This document shows positions 43,197 through 52,730 of a stretch of 64,000 nucleotides of DNA, in pieces; the stretch's first letter is position 1; the number at the start of each line of letters is the position of its first letter. The translations under genes were made by a program, and so were the position numbers. The notes beneath the pieces are model-generated. The model did no database searches. It was not told the DNA's origin and was given only the letters and a program-made list of their open reading frames with translations. Source of the DNA: Candidatus Nomurabacteria bacterium (GTDB lineage: Bacteria > Patescibacteriota > Minisyncoccia > Phycocordibacterales > SBAW01); contig CALQZS010000001.1 in NCBI GenBank assembly GCA_943349945.1, positions 277,953 through 341,952 of the forward strand, given 5' to 3'.

Positions 43197-44465
43197 ATGC
43201 AAGAATACGACGCAATCAAAAAACAAGACGCTGAGGTGTATGGGGCAATTATGGGCGAGGAAAAACGCGAAGCAGAGGGTCTGGAACTTATTCCATCCGA
43301 AAACTATGTATCTCGTGCGGTGCGCGAGGCAAACGGATCTATTTTGACCAACAAGTATTCCGAAGGATACGCAGGACGGCGTTACTATGGCGGGCAGGAG
43401 TTTACTGATGTGGTGGAGACGCTAGCGATAGAGCGTGCAAAAAAACTTTTTAACTGCCAATTTGTAAATGTGCAGCCGCACGCGGGCGCTCCTGCAAACG
43501 TGGCGACGTACTTTGCGCTGCTAGAGCCCGGCGACACCATTATGGGTATGGACCTCTCGCATGGCGGCCACCTAACCCATGGTCACCCCGTTACCTACAT
43601 CACCAAAATATTTAACTTCGTGCGTTACAAGATGAAGAACGTCGAGACAGGCGAGATAGACTACGACGACATGCTCGAAGTGGCCAAGCGCGAGCGACCA
43701 AAGGTAATTATGGCGGGCTTCTCGGCCTATCCGCGCGAGCTCGACTACGCAAAATTTGCCGCAATTGCAAAAGAGGTGGGTGCCTTGGTTATTGCCGACA
43801 TGGCGCATATCTCGGGGCTTATTGCGGGGAAGGCGGTTAAGAATCCTTTTGACTATGGGTTTGATGTTATCCTCACGACCACACACAAGACACTTCGTGG
43901 CCCGCGCGGCGGCATGATCTTGACTCGCGAGAGCGAGGAGATTGCCAAAAAAATAGACAAGTCAGTTTTCCCAGGTTTCCAAGGGGGGCCTTTGATGAAC
44001 ACAATTGCCGCAAAAGCAGTTGCGTTTGAAGAAGCGCTGCATCCCAGTTTCCAGACCTACGCGGCGCAGATACTCAAAAACGCAAAAGCTATGGAAGACG
44101 TGCTTCGTGCCCGCAATGTGCGGATGATAACAGGCGGCACATCCAACCACCTTATATTGGCAGATGTCTTTGGGTCGCTGGGGGTTACGGGGCACGAAGC
44201 TGAGACCGTGCTCGACTCGGTGGGTATTACGCTCAACAAAAATATGATAGCCGACGACCCACGCAAGCCTATGGACCCTTCAGGCATCCGCTTTGGTACA
44301 CCGGCTATTACTACTCGCGGGCTTAAAGAAGTAGAAAGCGCAAAAGTTGCAAGCTTTATGATAGACGCGCTCGAGCAGCGTGCGGACAAAAATAAACTAG
44401 AAGGTATTCACAAAGAGATTAAACAGCTGTGTGCCGCATTCCCCATCCCTGAGTCGTTTGTGTAG
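43197..44465 (+). CDS. glyA: serine hydroxymethyltransferase
   Basis: '..LELIPSENYVSRAV..' and the PLP-lysine region '..TTTHKTLRGPRGG..'. Confidence 0.9.
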   Translation: MQEYDAIKKQDAEVYGAIMGEEKREAEGLELIPSENYVSRAVREANGSILTNKYSEGYAGRRYYGGQEFTDVVETLAIERAKKLFNCQFVNVQPHAGAPANVATYFALLEPGDTIMGMDLSHGGHLTHGHPVTYITKIFNFVRYKMKNVETGEIDYDDMLEVAKRERPKVIMAGFSAYPRELDYAKFAAIAKEVGALVIADMAHISGLIAGKAVKNPFDYGFDVILTTTHKTLRGPRGGMILTRESEEIAKKIDKSVFPGFQGGPLMNTIAAKAVAFEEALHPSFQTYAAQILKNAKAMEDVLRARNVRMITGGTSNHLILADVFGSLGVTGHEAETVLDSVGITLNKNMIADDPRKPMDPSGIRFGTPAITTRGLKEVESAKVASFMIDALEQRADKNKLEGIHKEIKQLCAAFPIPESFV

Positions 44466-44489
44466 GGGAGTGGATGGTACAGTAAAGAG

Positions 44490-45593
44490 GTGAGAGTACT
44501 ACGCAGTGTATCCACCAAAGCGGTGCGCACGTGGCAACGCTATGAGCGCCATATTAGCCTGGGCGCTGTCTTTGGCGGCTTTACCTTTGATCTCTTTTTT
44601 ATCACCGGCCCCGATAATATTATCGACAACCTGTTGCTGTTGGCGTACCTGCTGCTGGCGGCAATAATCATTGTGCTGCTCAATGTGCGTTCGCGTGCGC
44701 AGATGGACAGGGAAAGCCGCACCGAGCCGCTGATACTTTTGTTTGTGTTGCAGTTTTGTTTTGGTGCCTTGGCAAGCAACCTGCTTATTTTGTATGGCAA
44801 AAGCGGCACCTTGGGCAGTAGTGCTCTGTTTATAGGCCTGCTTGTAGCGTTTATTTTTGGTAATGAGTTTTTAAAAAATCGCTACGCGCAGTTGCGGTTA
44901 AATATTGCGGTCTATTATTTTTTGGTGCTGACGTATGTAACTATCGCGCTTCCTACGTTCGTGCTGCATGGCATAGGTGCGCAAGTGTTTATCATCAGCG
45001 GCATTGTGAGCTTGGCCGTTATTGCCGTATTCTTGGCAGCTATTTTTGTGTTCGTATTTAAGCGCAAAGAGCAACGTCGCATGTGGGAAGTTTCGGCGTT
45101 GGTGGGGATTATTTTTATGCTCTTTAACGGACTCTATTTTTTAAACATCATTCCGCCGGTGCCGTTGGCGCTTAAAGACATTGGGATATATCACACCTTG
45201 GTGCGGCAGGGCACTAATTACGACGCAACATACGAAGCGGCCCCGTGGTATGCATTTTGGCGCGACACCAGCGCCACGTACACGGCGGTGCCGGGCAAGT
45301 ATGCGTACTGCTTTAGCGCGGTGTATGCGCCGGGCGAACTATCGGCCTCGGTGGTACATCGTTGGGAGCAGTATGACGCTGCAGCAAAAGAGTGGCAGGC
45401 TCGCTCCGTCGTTTCCTTTCCTATAAATGGCGGGCGCGAGGGTGGCTACCGCGGCTGGAGCAACAAAGCAGGCCTGGAGGCGGGGAAGTGGCGCTGTAAT
45501 GTCGAAACAACTCGCGGGCAACTTATTGGCCGCACCACATTTACGGTAGTAGAGAGTGAGGCTGCTCCCGCACTTTCCACAATCACCCTTTAG
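44490..45593 (+). CDS. hypothetical membrane protein with C-terminal extracytoplasmic beta-rich domain (possibly DUF2914-like)
   Basis: ~6 TM helices then '..YAPGELSASVVHRWEQYDAAAKEWQARSVVSF..WRCNVETTRGQLIGRTTFTVVE'. Confidence 0.4.
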   Translation: MRVLRSVSTKAVRTWQRYERHISLGAVFGGFTFDLFFITGPDNIIDNLLLLAYLLLAAIIIVLLNVRSRAQMDRESRTEPLILLFVLQFCFGALASNLLILYGKSGTLGSSALFIGLLVAFIFGNEFLKNRYAQLRLNIAVYYFLVLTYVTIALPTFVLHGIGAQVFIISGIVSLAVIAVFLAAIFVFVFKRKEQRRMWEVSALVGIIFMLFNGLYFLNIIPPVPLALKDIGIYHTLVRQGTNYDATYEAAPWYAFWRDTSATYTAVPGKYAYCFSAVYAPGELSASVVHRWEQYDAAAKEWQARSVVSFPINGGREGGYRGWSNKAGLEAGKWRCNVETTRGQLIGRTTFTVVESEAAPALSTITL

Positions 45594-45611
45594 CTGGTAC
45601 TGTAGTCTGGT

Positions 45612-47300
45612 ATGGGCAAGGACAATATAGAACAAGCAATCCAAAAAGCACTAGAGGCGCTCGGCGCCTCGGGTGTGGCTTTTGTGGTGGAGCGCCCAGG
45701 GGACTTGGCGCATGGCGACTATGCCACCAACGCAGCGCTCGCTGCGGCAAAACCGCTGGGCAAGAGTCCGCGCGAGGTGGCAGAAGAGCTGAAGGCAAAA
45801 CTTGATGAGGAAATAGAGGGAGTAGAAAAAATCGAAATCGCTGGCCCGGGGTTTATCAACTTCCGTCTTTCGCGCGAAGCTATTTTAGGGGAGGTGCAAA
45901 AAGCTGCTACAGACAAAAGTTGGGGGCAGAATGATTTGTATAAAAACAAAACGGTGATGGTCGAGTATACCGACCCAAACCCGTTTAAAGAATTTCATAT
46001 TGGACACTTGATGAGCAACGCTATTGGCGAGGCTATTGCGCGCACGCTCGAGAATGCGGGGGCAAAAGTAATCCGTGCAAACTACCAAGGCGACGTGGGG
46101 CCGCACGTGGCTAAAGCTATCTTTGGGCTGCTAGAGTTAGGATTTGAAAATCCAACGAGCGAGCAGTTGGGCCAAGCATATGTGCTGGGTGCCTCGCGGT
46201 ATGAAGAAAGTGCAGAGTATAAAAAACGCATCGACGAGATAAACAAAGCCGTATACGAAAAAACAGACCCAGAGGTTAATGCTCTGTATGCAATTGGCCG
46301 CAAGGTATCGCTCGCGCATTTTGAAGAACTCTACAAAATGTTGGGGACCAAGTTCGAACATTACTTTTTTGAAAGCGAGACAAGTGCCAAGGGGCTTGCA
46401 TTGGTGGGGGAAAATACGCCGAGCGTGTTTGAAAAGAGTGACGGCGCTGTGGTCTACAAGGGCGAGAAGGTGGGTTTACACACACGTGTGTTTATAAACT
46501 CGCAAGGCTTGCCAACATACGAGGCAAAAGATTTGGGGTTACTGCAGTCTAAAATAGAGAAGGCTGCGTTTGACCAGTCTGTTACGGTAACCGCCAACGA
46601 GCAGACAGAATACTTTAAGGTGATGCTTGCGGCAGCAAAAGAAATCCCAGCGCTGCAAAATATTGCAGAAAAAACTACCCACGTAGTGCACGGTATGATG
46701 CGCTTTGCAGAGGGTAAGATGTCGTCGCGTAAGGGGAATGTTATAACCGGCGAATCGCTTTTGATGGACATACAAGAGGCGGCAAAAGAAAAAATGCAGA
46801 GTAGGGAATTGGCTGATGCAGAAAAAGTTGCGAGTCAGGTGGCTGTGGGGGCCATTAAATACACCGTGCTCAAACAAGGAAGTGGCAAGGACATTGTCTT
46901 TGATAGAGAAAAATCGCTTTCGCTCGAGGGCGACTCGGGGCCGTACCTGCAGTATGCGCACACACGCGCTGCATCTTTGGTGCAAAAGGCGCGTGCTGCA
47001 GGGGTGAGCGACAAGGTAGAGAGTGTGCAGGATGTGGAGGAATTTTTGGGCGCACTTATGCTCGACCGTTTGCTTATACACTATCCAAGTGTGGGTGCTC
47101 GCGCGGCGCACGAACTTGAGCCGCACCATGTCACCACATACCTTACAGAACTTGCTGCGGCATTTAACTCTTGGTACGCACAGGTGCGGGTTATAGACGG
47201 TGACTATCCTTCGTATGCACTTTTGCTTGCAGAGGCGGTGGAGCAGACGCTTGGCAAAGGGCTAGAACTTCTGGGCATCCCCGCGCCCAAGGAGATGTAA
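45612..47300 (+). CDS. argS: arginyl-tRNA synthetase
   Basis: '..PNPFKEFHIGHLMSNAIGEA..' HIGH motif, class I anticodon-binding DALR domain at the C-terminus. Confidence 0.9.
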   Translation: MGKDNIEQAIQKALEALGASGVAFVVERPGDLAHGDYATNAALAAAKPLGKSPREVAEELKAKLDEEIEGVEKIEIAGPGFINFRLSREAILGEVQKAATDKSWGQNDLYKNKTVMVEYTDPNPFKEFHIGHLMSNAIGEAIARTLENAGAKVIRANYQGDVGPHVAKAIFGLLELGFENPTSEQLGQAYVLGASRYEESAEYKKRIDEINKAVYEKTDPEVNALYAIGRKVSLAHFEELYKMLGTKFEHYFFESETSAKGLALVGENTPSVFEKSDGAVVYKGEKVGLHTRVFINSQGLPTYEAKDLGLLQSKIEKAAFDQSVTVTANEQTEYFKVMLAAAKEIPALQNIAEKTTHVVHGMMRFAEGKMSSRKGNVITGESLLMDIQEAAKEKMQSRELADAEKVASQVAVGAIKYTVLKQGSGKDIVFDREKSLSLEGDSGPYLQYAHTRAASLVQKARAAGVSDKVESVQDVEEFLGALMLDRLLIHYPSVGARAAHELEPHHVTTYLTELAAAFNSWYAQVRVIDGDYPSYALLLAEAVEQTLGKGLELLGIPAPKEM

Positions 47301-47329
47301 AAAGCTCAAAAAGTGGTATATTTTCATAC

Positions 47330-50300
47330 ATGGATTCAAAACCTCAGGGAGGGGAAGAGGCGCATCGTGGCGCCGAAGTAGCAAAAAAAGGCCCGCTGGC
47401 CATGCGCGAGGAGATAGTGCTCGATTTTTGGAACAAAGAAGAGATTTTTAAAAAGACCCTCGAAAAGCCAGCCCCCAAGGGCGAGTATGTATTTTATGAT
47501 GGTCCGCCGTTTGCAAACGGCTTGCCGCACTACGGGCATATTTTAGCGAGCTCGATTAAAGATGTTATCCCGCGCTACCGCACTATGCAGGGCTACCGTG
47601 TGGGGCGACAGTGGGGGTGGGACTGTCACGGACTCCCCGTCGAGAACTTGGTAGAAAAAGAGCTCGGGTTCAAAACCAAACGCGATATAGAAGACTACGG
47701 CATCGCTAAGTTTAATGCTGCTGCGCGCACTAGCATCATGAAGGATGTGTCGGACTGGAAGCGCATCATCCCGCGCATGGGGCGCTGGGCCGACATGGAC
47801 CACGACTACAAGACCATGGATGCTTCCTATACCGAGTCGGTATGGTGGGCGTTTAAAAAACTCTACGACAAAAAGCTTGTCTACGACGGCTTTAAGGCAA
47901 TGCACTTGTGTCCACGATGTGGCACTACACTTTCTAACTTTGAAGTTGCGCAGGGCTACCAAGACATAGATGACATAGCCGTAACGGTGAAGATGCCTTT
48001 GGTTGATGAGCCGGAGACGTCGTTGCTTATTTGGACCACCACACCATGGACACTGCCGGGCAACGTGGCGGTTGCGGTTAATGCGCAAGCTGCCTATGTA
48101 AAAGTCCGCACGGACGACGGTTTTGTGGTGGTCGCCAAAGATCTGGCGGCAAAAGTGCTCGGAGATGATTTAAAAATATACGGAGAAATAGCGGGCAAAG
48201 ACCTGGTGGGCAAATATTACACACCACCGTTTAATTATTTTGTTGATCAAATACACAAACACAAAACGCACGCATGGCGCGTGTACGCGGCGCCCTACGT
48301 TACCCTGACCGACGGCACAGGCATCGTGCACCTAGCGCCCGCCTATGGCGAGGAAGATCTGCAGCTGGCCCAAAAAGAAAAGATACCACTTATTCATCAT
48401 GTAACAGATGAGGGTAAGTTTGTGGCGACGGTCAGTGACTTTGCGGGGCTGCCAGTCAAACCAAAAGGCAGACACATGGAGACTGACACAAAAATAGTCG
48501 AGCACCTGCGCGCAAAAGGGCTTTTGTTTAAAGAAGAAAAAATAAACCATTCCTACCCGCACTGTTGGCGTTGCGACACTCCGCTGCTTAACTGGGCAGC
48601 CAACTCATGGTTTGTAAAAGTCTCTGCTATTAAAAGCAAACTGCTTGCGCAAAACAAAAAGGTGCAATGGGTACCTCCACATGTGGGGGAGGGGCGTTTT
48701 CAAAATGGTCTGGCAAGTGCCCCCGACTGGGCGGTGTCGCGCAGCCGCTACTGGGGTGCGCCCATTCCCGTATGGCGCCACAGCAAAACAAAAGAGATAA
48801 AAGTGCTCGGGTCAGTAGACGAGTTGTTGGCGTTGGTGCGTCGCTCGGGCAATAAGTACTTTATACTTCGCCATGGTGAAGCAAAGAGTAACGTCGAGCG
48901 TATACTCAACTGCGATAACACAGGGGAAAATCATTTGACCGACACAGGGCGCAAACAAGCTGCCGCCGCGGCGCGTGCACTACGCGGTAAAGGTATAGAC
49001 ACCATTGTTGCATCGCCGCTGCTGCGTGCACAAGAAACTGCGCGCATGCTGTGCGACCAGTTGGGCATCCCGCAGTCGGCCATTATGACGGATGTGCGGC
49101 TCAGTGAAGTGGGGTTTGGAGACCATAACAACGGCTCGGTGGATGCATGGGAGTCGCTGTTTCCCACCTTGGCAGACAAGTTTACCAAAGCAGCACCAGG
49201 CGTCGAGACGTACACGCAAGTACGCAGTCGTTTGGGAGAATTTATTTTTGATGTCGACAAACGCTACACAGGCAAACGCATTTTGGTAGTTACGCACGGG
49301 GCGCCTGCATGGCTTTTGTCTGAGTTTGCTGCACACACCGACCAAAAAACACTTGCAACCCGTGCACATGGCGGCAGTATGTTGTCGAATGGACAGTGGC
49401 AAGAGATGACCTTTACACCTTTTCCACACAACGAGACCTACGACCTCGACCTGCACCGCCCCTACATCGACGACGTGGTACTTGGCGACCCGCTGCGCGG
49501 CGAATGGAAGCGCGTCCCTGATGTGTTTGATTGTTGGTTCGAGTCTGGTTCGATGCCTTTTGCATCCAATCACTACCCGTTTAACAAACAAAAGTTTGAT
49601 CCAAAGAAGTTTTTTGGTCTTATGCCAAAGGGCTACCCTGCAGACTTTATAGCCGAAGGTCTCGACCAGACGCGCGGATGGTTTTACTCGCTTATCGTGC
49701 TGGGTACCGCGCTCTTCGGGCAAAGTCCGTACAAGCAGGTGATAGTAAACGGTTTGGTGCTTGCACAAGATGGACAAAAGATGAGCAAGCGGCTCAAAAA
49801 CTATCCCGACCCTATGGAAGTGGTAAACACCTTTGGTGCTGACGCGCTGCGATACTACCTACTTTCGTCGCCGGTTATTCGCGCCGAAGATCTTAACTTT
49901 GCGTTGCGCGGCGTAGAAGAGGTGTCTAAAAAGTTGCTCATGCGGCTCGACAATGTGCGCAGTTTTTATGACTTGTATGCAGCGGGGGAACATGCGCAAA
50001 GTGTGGCGCCAACGCACACTCTTGATGTGTGGGTGGTGTCGCGGCTTGGCGAACTTATTCGCGATACACAAGCAGGGTTCGAGTCGTACGAATTAGATTT
50101 GGCGACACGCCCTCTTGCTAGCTTTATCGACGATGTGTCCACGTGGTATCTGCGTCGCTCTCGCGACAGATTTAAAACCGAAGGCGCAGACAAACAGCAG
50201 GCGCTTGCCGTGTTGCGCTTGGTGCTCAAGACGACTGCTTTGGTGATGGCGCCTGCCATGCCGTTTTTTGCAGAAGACCTCTACCTACGGGTGCGCGACG

Positions 50301-50782
50301 CGGGCGACGCAGAAAGTGTGCACTTGGCTACATGGCCGCTGCCACAAAAAATAGACGAGTCGCTGCTTGCCGACATGGTGCGGGTGCGTGCGCTGTGTTC
50401 TCGTGGGTTGGAGTTGCGCGAAAAGGCGGGTGTCAAAGTACGCCAGCCGCTAAGCAAGCTTGTAGTAAAAGAACTCTCTTTGAGTGACGCGCTGCGTGCG
50501 GTTATTGCAGACGAGCTTAATGTAAAAGCAGTGGTAGAAGATGCGGGCATGCAAGAAGATGTGATGCTCGACACGACGCTCACTCCAGAGCTTAAAGAAG
50601 AAGGCATGCTGCGCGATATCATTCGCCACATACAAGGCTGGCGCAAAGAGCAGGGACTCACCATCACCGACCGCCCGGCTTACACTTTTGTGGGTAGTGC
50701 AGAGGAAGTTGCGGTTGCACAAAAATATACAGACGACATCCTTGCTGCGACGGGTCTCGCAAGTTTGGACGCGCATGCATAA
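47330..50782 (+). CDS. ileS: isoleucyl-tRNA synthetase (1150 aa) carrying an inserted, apparently intact histidine-phosphatase (PGAM/SixA-like) domain at residues ~505-705 (nt ~48842-49444)
   Basis: IleRS signatures: 'PPFANGLPHYGH', 'WDCHGLP', 'VFDCWFESGSMPF', 'KMSKRLKNYPDP'. Inserted domain motifs: 'ILRHGEAKSN' (RHG), 'SPLLRAQETA', 'VVTHGAPA'. Confidence 0.85.
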   Translation: MDSKPQGGEEAHRGAEVAKKGPLAMREEIVLDFWNKEEIFKKTLEKPAPKGEYVFYDGPPFANGLPHYGHILASSIKDVIPRYRTMQGYRVGRQWGWDCHGLPVENLVEKELGFKTKRDIEDYGIAKFNAAARTSIMKDVSDWKRIIPRMGRWADMDHDYKTMDASYTESVWWAFKKLYDKKLVYDGFKAMHLCPRCGTTLSNFEVAQGYQDIDDIAVTVKMPLVDEPETSLLIWTTTPWTLPGNVAVAVNAQAAYVKVRTDDGFVVVAKDLAAKVLGDDLKIYGEIAGKDLVGKYYTPPFNYFVDQIHKHKTHAWRVYAAPYVTLTDGTGIVHLAPAYGEEDLQLAQKEKIPLIHHVTDEGKFVATVSDFAGLPVKPKGRHMETDTKIVEHLRAKGLLFKEEKINHSYPHCWRCDTPLLNWAANSWFVKVSAIKSKLLAQNKKVQWVPPHVGEGRFQNGLASAPDWAVSRSRYWGAPIPVWRHSKTKEIKVLGSVDELLALVRRSGNKYFILRHGEAKSNVERILNCDNTGENHLTDTGRKQAAAAARALRGKGIDTIVASPLLRAQETARMLCDQLGIPQSAIMTDVRLSEVGFGDHNNGSVDAWESLFPTLADKFTKAAPGVETYTQVRSRLGEFIFDVDKRYTGKRILVVTHGAPAWLLSEFAAHTDQKTLATRAHGGSMLSNGQWQEMTFTPFPHNETYDLDLHRPYIDDVVLGDPLRGEWKRVPDVFDCWFESGSMPFASNHYPFNKQKFDPKKFFGLMPKGYPADFIAEGLDQTRGWFYSLIVLGTALFGQSPYKQVIVNGLVLAQDGQKMSKRLKNYPDPMEVVNTFGADALRYYLLSSPVIRAEDLNFALRGVEEVSKKLLMRLDNVRSFYDLYAAGEHAQSVAPTHTLDVWVVSRLGELIRDTQAGFESYELDLATRPLASFIDDVSTWYLRRSRDRFKTEGADKQQALAVLRLVLKTTALVMAPAMPFFAEDLYLRVRDAGDAESVHLATWPLPQKIDESLLADMVRVRALCSRGLELREKAGVKVRQPLSKLVVKELSLSDALRAVIADELNVKAVVEDAGMQEDVMLDTTLTPELKEEGMLRDIIRHIQGWRKEQGLTITDRPAYTFVGSAEEVAVAQKYTDDILAATGLASLDAHA

Positions 50783-51368
50783 GGTTGTGGCGACACAGGG
50801 GCTGGTGTTGACCAAGCGCAGCGCGGGCGAGGCAAACACGCTTGTGGCGATTTTAACTAAAGATCTGGGGCTTGTGCGCGCTGCGGCGCGCAGTGCGCGG
50901 GTAGAGCAGTCCAAATTGCGCTACGGGCTAGAGCCGCTCACACAAGGCAAGTTTTCTATGGTGCGTGGCCGGTATGAATGGAAGCTGGTCGGCACGGAAG
51001 AATTGTCTCGCGCGTATCTTGCGGGGTCGCCGCTGTCTCGTCGTGCGGCTGGGCGGGTAACTCGCTTGCTGCTGCGCCTTATACATGGGGAAGAACCCGT
51101 CGCCGATTTGTATACCACTGTTGTCGAGGGGCTCGACCGCTTGGTTCGGGCCGAGAGCGAGGCAGAGCTAGAGAGCGTTGAGTGTGTGTTGGTGTTGCGA
51201 GTATTGGCGCACCTGGGCTACTTGCCGCACACACCAGCTTTGGCGCCATTTTTGCAAACTGCCCCGGAGGGCGAGTTTATGTCCGAAGACCTGGCTGTGG
51301 CCGTGGCCCGCTCGCGCCCCTCGCTCATCCGCACCATCAACCATTCCCTCAGCGCCACCGGATTGTAA
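50775..51368 (+). CDS. recO: DNA repair protein RecO (short form, no zinc finger)
   Basis: N-terminal OB-fold '..TQGLVLTKRSAGEANTLVAILTKDLGLVRAAARSAR..'; the start overlaps the ileS stop by 8 nt. Confidence 0.55.
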   Translation: MHKVVATQGLVLTKRSAGEANTLVAILTKDLGLVRAAARSARVEQSKLRYGLEPLTQGKFSMVRGRYEWKLVGTEELSRAYLAGSPLSRRAAGRVTRLLLRLIHGEEPVADLYTTVVEGLDRLVRAESEAELESVECVLVLRVLAHLGYLPHTPALAPFLQTAPEGEFMSEDLAVAVARSRPSLIRTINHSLSATGL

Positions 51369-51402
51369 AATAAGGACTTTTGCCACTTATCCACAGAAAA
51401 CC

Positions 51403-51442
51403 TTACGAAGGTCAGTCCTTCGCGAAGGACTGACCTTCGTAA
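51403..51442. repeat. 40-bp perfect palindrome, copy 2 of 2 (TTACGAAGGTCAGTCCTTCGCGAAGGACTGACCTTCGTAA), with a perfect DnaA box 'ttatccaca' 7 bp upstream
   Basis: The sequence equals its own reverse complement. It differs from copy 1 (12451-12488) only by symmetric A<->T swaps that preserve the palindrome. Intergenic, between recO and the GspE-like ATPase. Confidence 0.85.
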
Positions 51443-51484
51443 AGAAAACTGGGGATAACTCAGTGGGGATACAATTAAGCTCTT

Positions 51485-52696
51485 GTGGAACCGCAAGAGG
51501 CGACTGTTGAAGAGGTGCTGTCCCGAGGCGGCTCTGTATCCATTATTGACCTGGTAGAGGCGCTGGTGCGACAAGCATATTTAGTGGGAGCGTCCGATAT
51601 TCATATTGATCCAACGGATGTAGCGCTTCGTGTGCGCATGCGAGTGGATGGAGTGTTGCAAGAAAAGTTTTTTCTAAGTAGGAGTATTCATTCTGAAATA
51701 ATTTCGCGTATCAAAGTGCTTTCGTGGTTGCGCACCGACGAGCATCAGGCCGTCCAAGACGGCCGTTTTCGTTTGCTTAGCGACGGGGCGATGCCAATTG
51801 ATGTGCGCGTGTCCATCGTACCTACATATTATGGAGAAAATGCTGTGCTACGGCTTTTAATCGATACTCCAGAGCAGCACACACTTGCAACGCTTGGATT
51901 TAGCGAGGATGACCAACAGAAGATACTTCGTGCCGTACGACACCCCGACGGTATGGTGCTTGCTACTGGCCCCACTGGTTCGGGCAAAACAACCACGCTC
52001 TATACATTGCTTAAAATGCTCAACACTAGCGAGGTGTCCATTGTTACGATAGAAGATCCTGTGGAGTATGCGATAAGCAACGTAACCCAAATACAAACAC
52101 AGGCAAAAACAGGACTGACTTTTGCAACTGGGTTGCGCTCTATTTTGCGCCAAGATCCAAATATTATTATGGTGGGCGAGATTCGAGACAAAGAAACTGC
52201 TGGGATTGCGGTTAATGCAGCACTCACGGGACACTTGCTGTTGTCGACCTTACATACAAGTAATGCGGCAGCAACTCTACCAAGGCTGCTTGATATGGGA
52301 GTCGATTCCTATTTGGTCGCGTCAACAGTTTCTTTGGTGATAGGGCAGCGTTTGGTTCGTAAAATTTGTACCGAGTGTCGGTCACCGTATGTCTTGTCGT
52401 CAAACGAACGCGAGAGTCTGCAATCTGTCCTGCAGGGCGCGCCAGATGATCCGTTTTTTATAGGGCAAGGGTGTGTGGTGTGCGATGGTAGCGGGTATCG
52501 CGGGCGAGTGGGTGTGGATGAAGTGCTGGTGGTAGATACGTCTGTGCGTGACGCACTTCTTGCAAGAGAGTCCGCGGCGCATATTCATGCACTTGCGGTC
52601 AAAAACGGTATGACTCCTATGTTACAAAATGGCCTACACAAAGCGCGCCTGGGTCTTACGAGTATTGCAGAATTATTGCGAACCATGCATGAATAG
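51485..52696 (+). CDS. short GspE/PilB-family secretion ATPase (no N-terminal N1 domain)
   Basis: Walker A 'GPTGSGKTTTLYTLL', Walker B/Asp box, His box, tetracysteine 'CTECRSP..CVVCDGSGYRGRVG'. Confidence 0.8.
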   Translation: MEPQEATVEEVLSRGGSVSIIDLVEALVRQAYLVGASDIHIDPTDVALRVRMRVDGVLQEKFFLSRSIHSEIISRIKVLSWLRTDEHQAVQDGRFRLLSDGAMPIDVRVSIVPTYYGENAVLRLLIDTPEQHTLATLGFSEDDQQKILRAVRHPDGMVLATGPTGSGKTTTLYTLLKMLNTSEVSIVTIEDPVEYAISNVTQIQTQAKTGLTFATGLRSILRQDPNIIMVGEIRDKETAGIAVNAALTGHLLLSTLHTSNAAATLPRLLDMGVDSYLVASTVSLVIGQRLVRKICTECRSPYVLSSNERESLQSVLQGAPDDPFFIGQGCVVCDGSGYRGRVGVDEVLVVDTSVRDALLARESAAHIHALAVKNGMTPMLQNGLHKARLGLTSIAELLRTMHE

Positions 52697-52730
52697 CCCG
52701 TACGCAATCACCTACATACAAGGGTTATGG

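Noticed and set aside
48980-49777. Antisense ORFs inside ileS, polA, glyQS, argS and metG (e.g. 48980-49777, 59529-60449, 63196-63903, 17528-17932)
   Set aside because: They lie wholly within strongly supported synthetase or polymerase genes on the opposite strand and have no motifs. They are typical high-GC antisense open frames.
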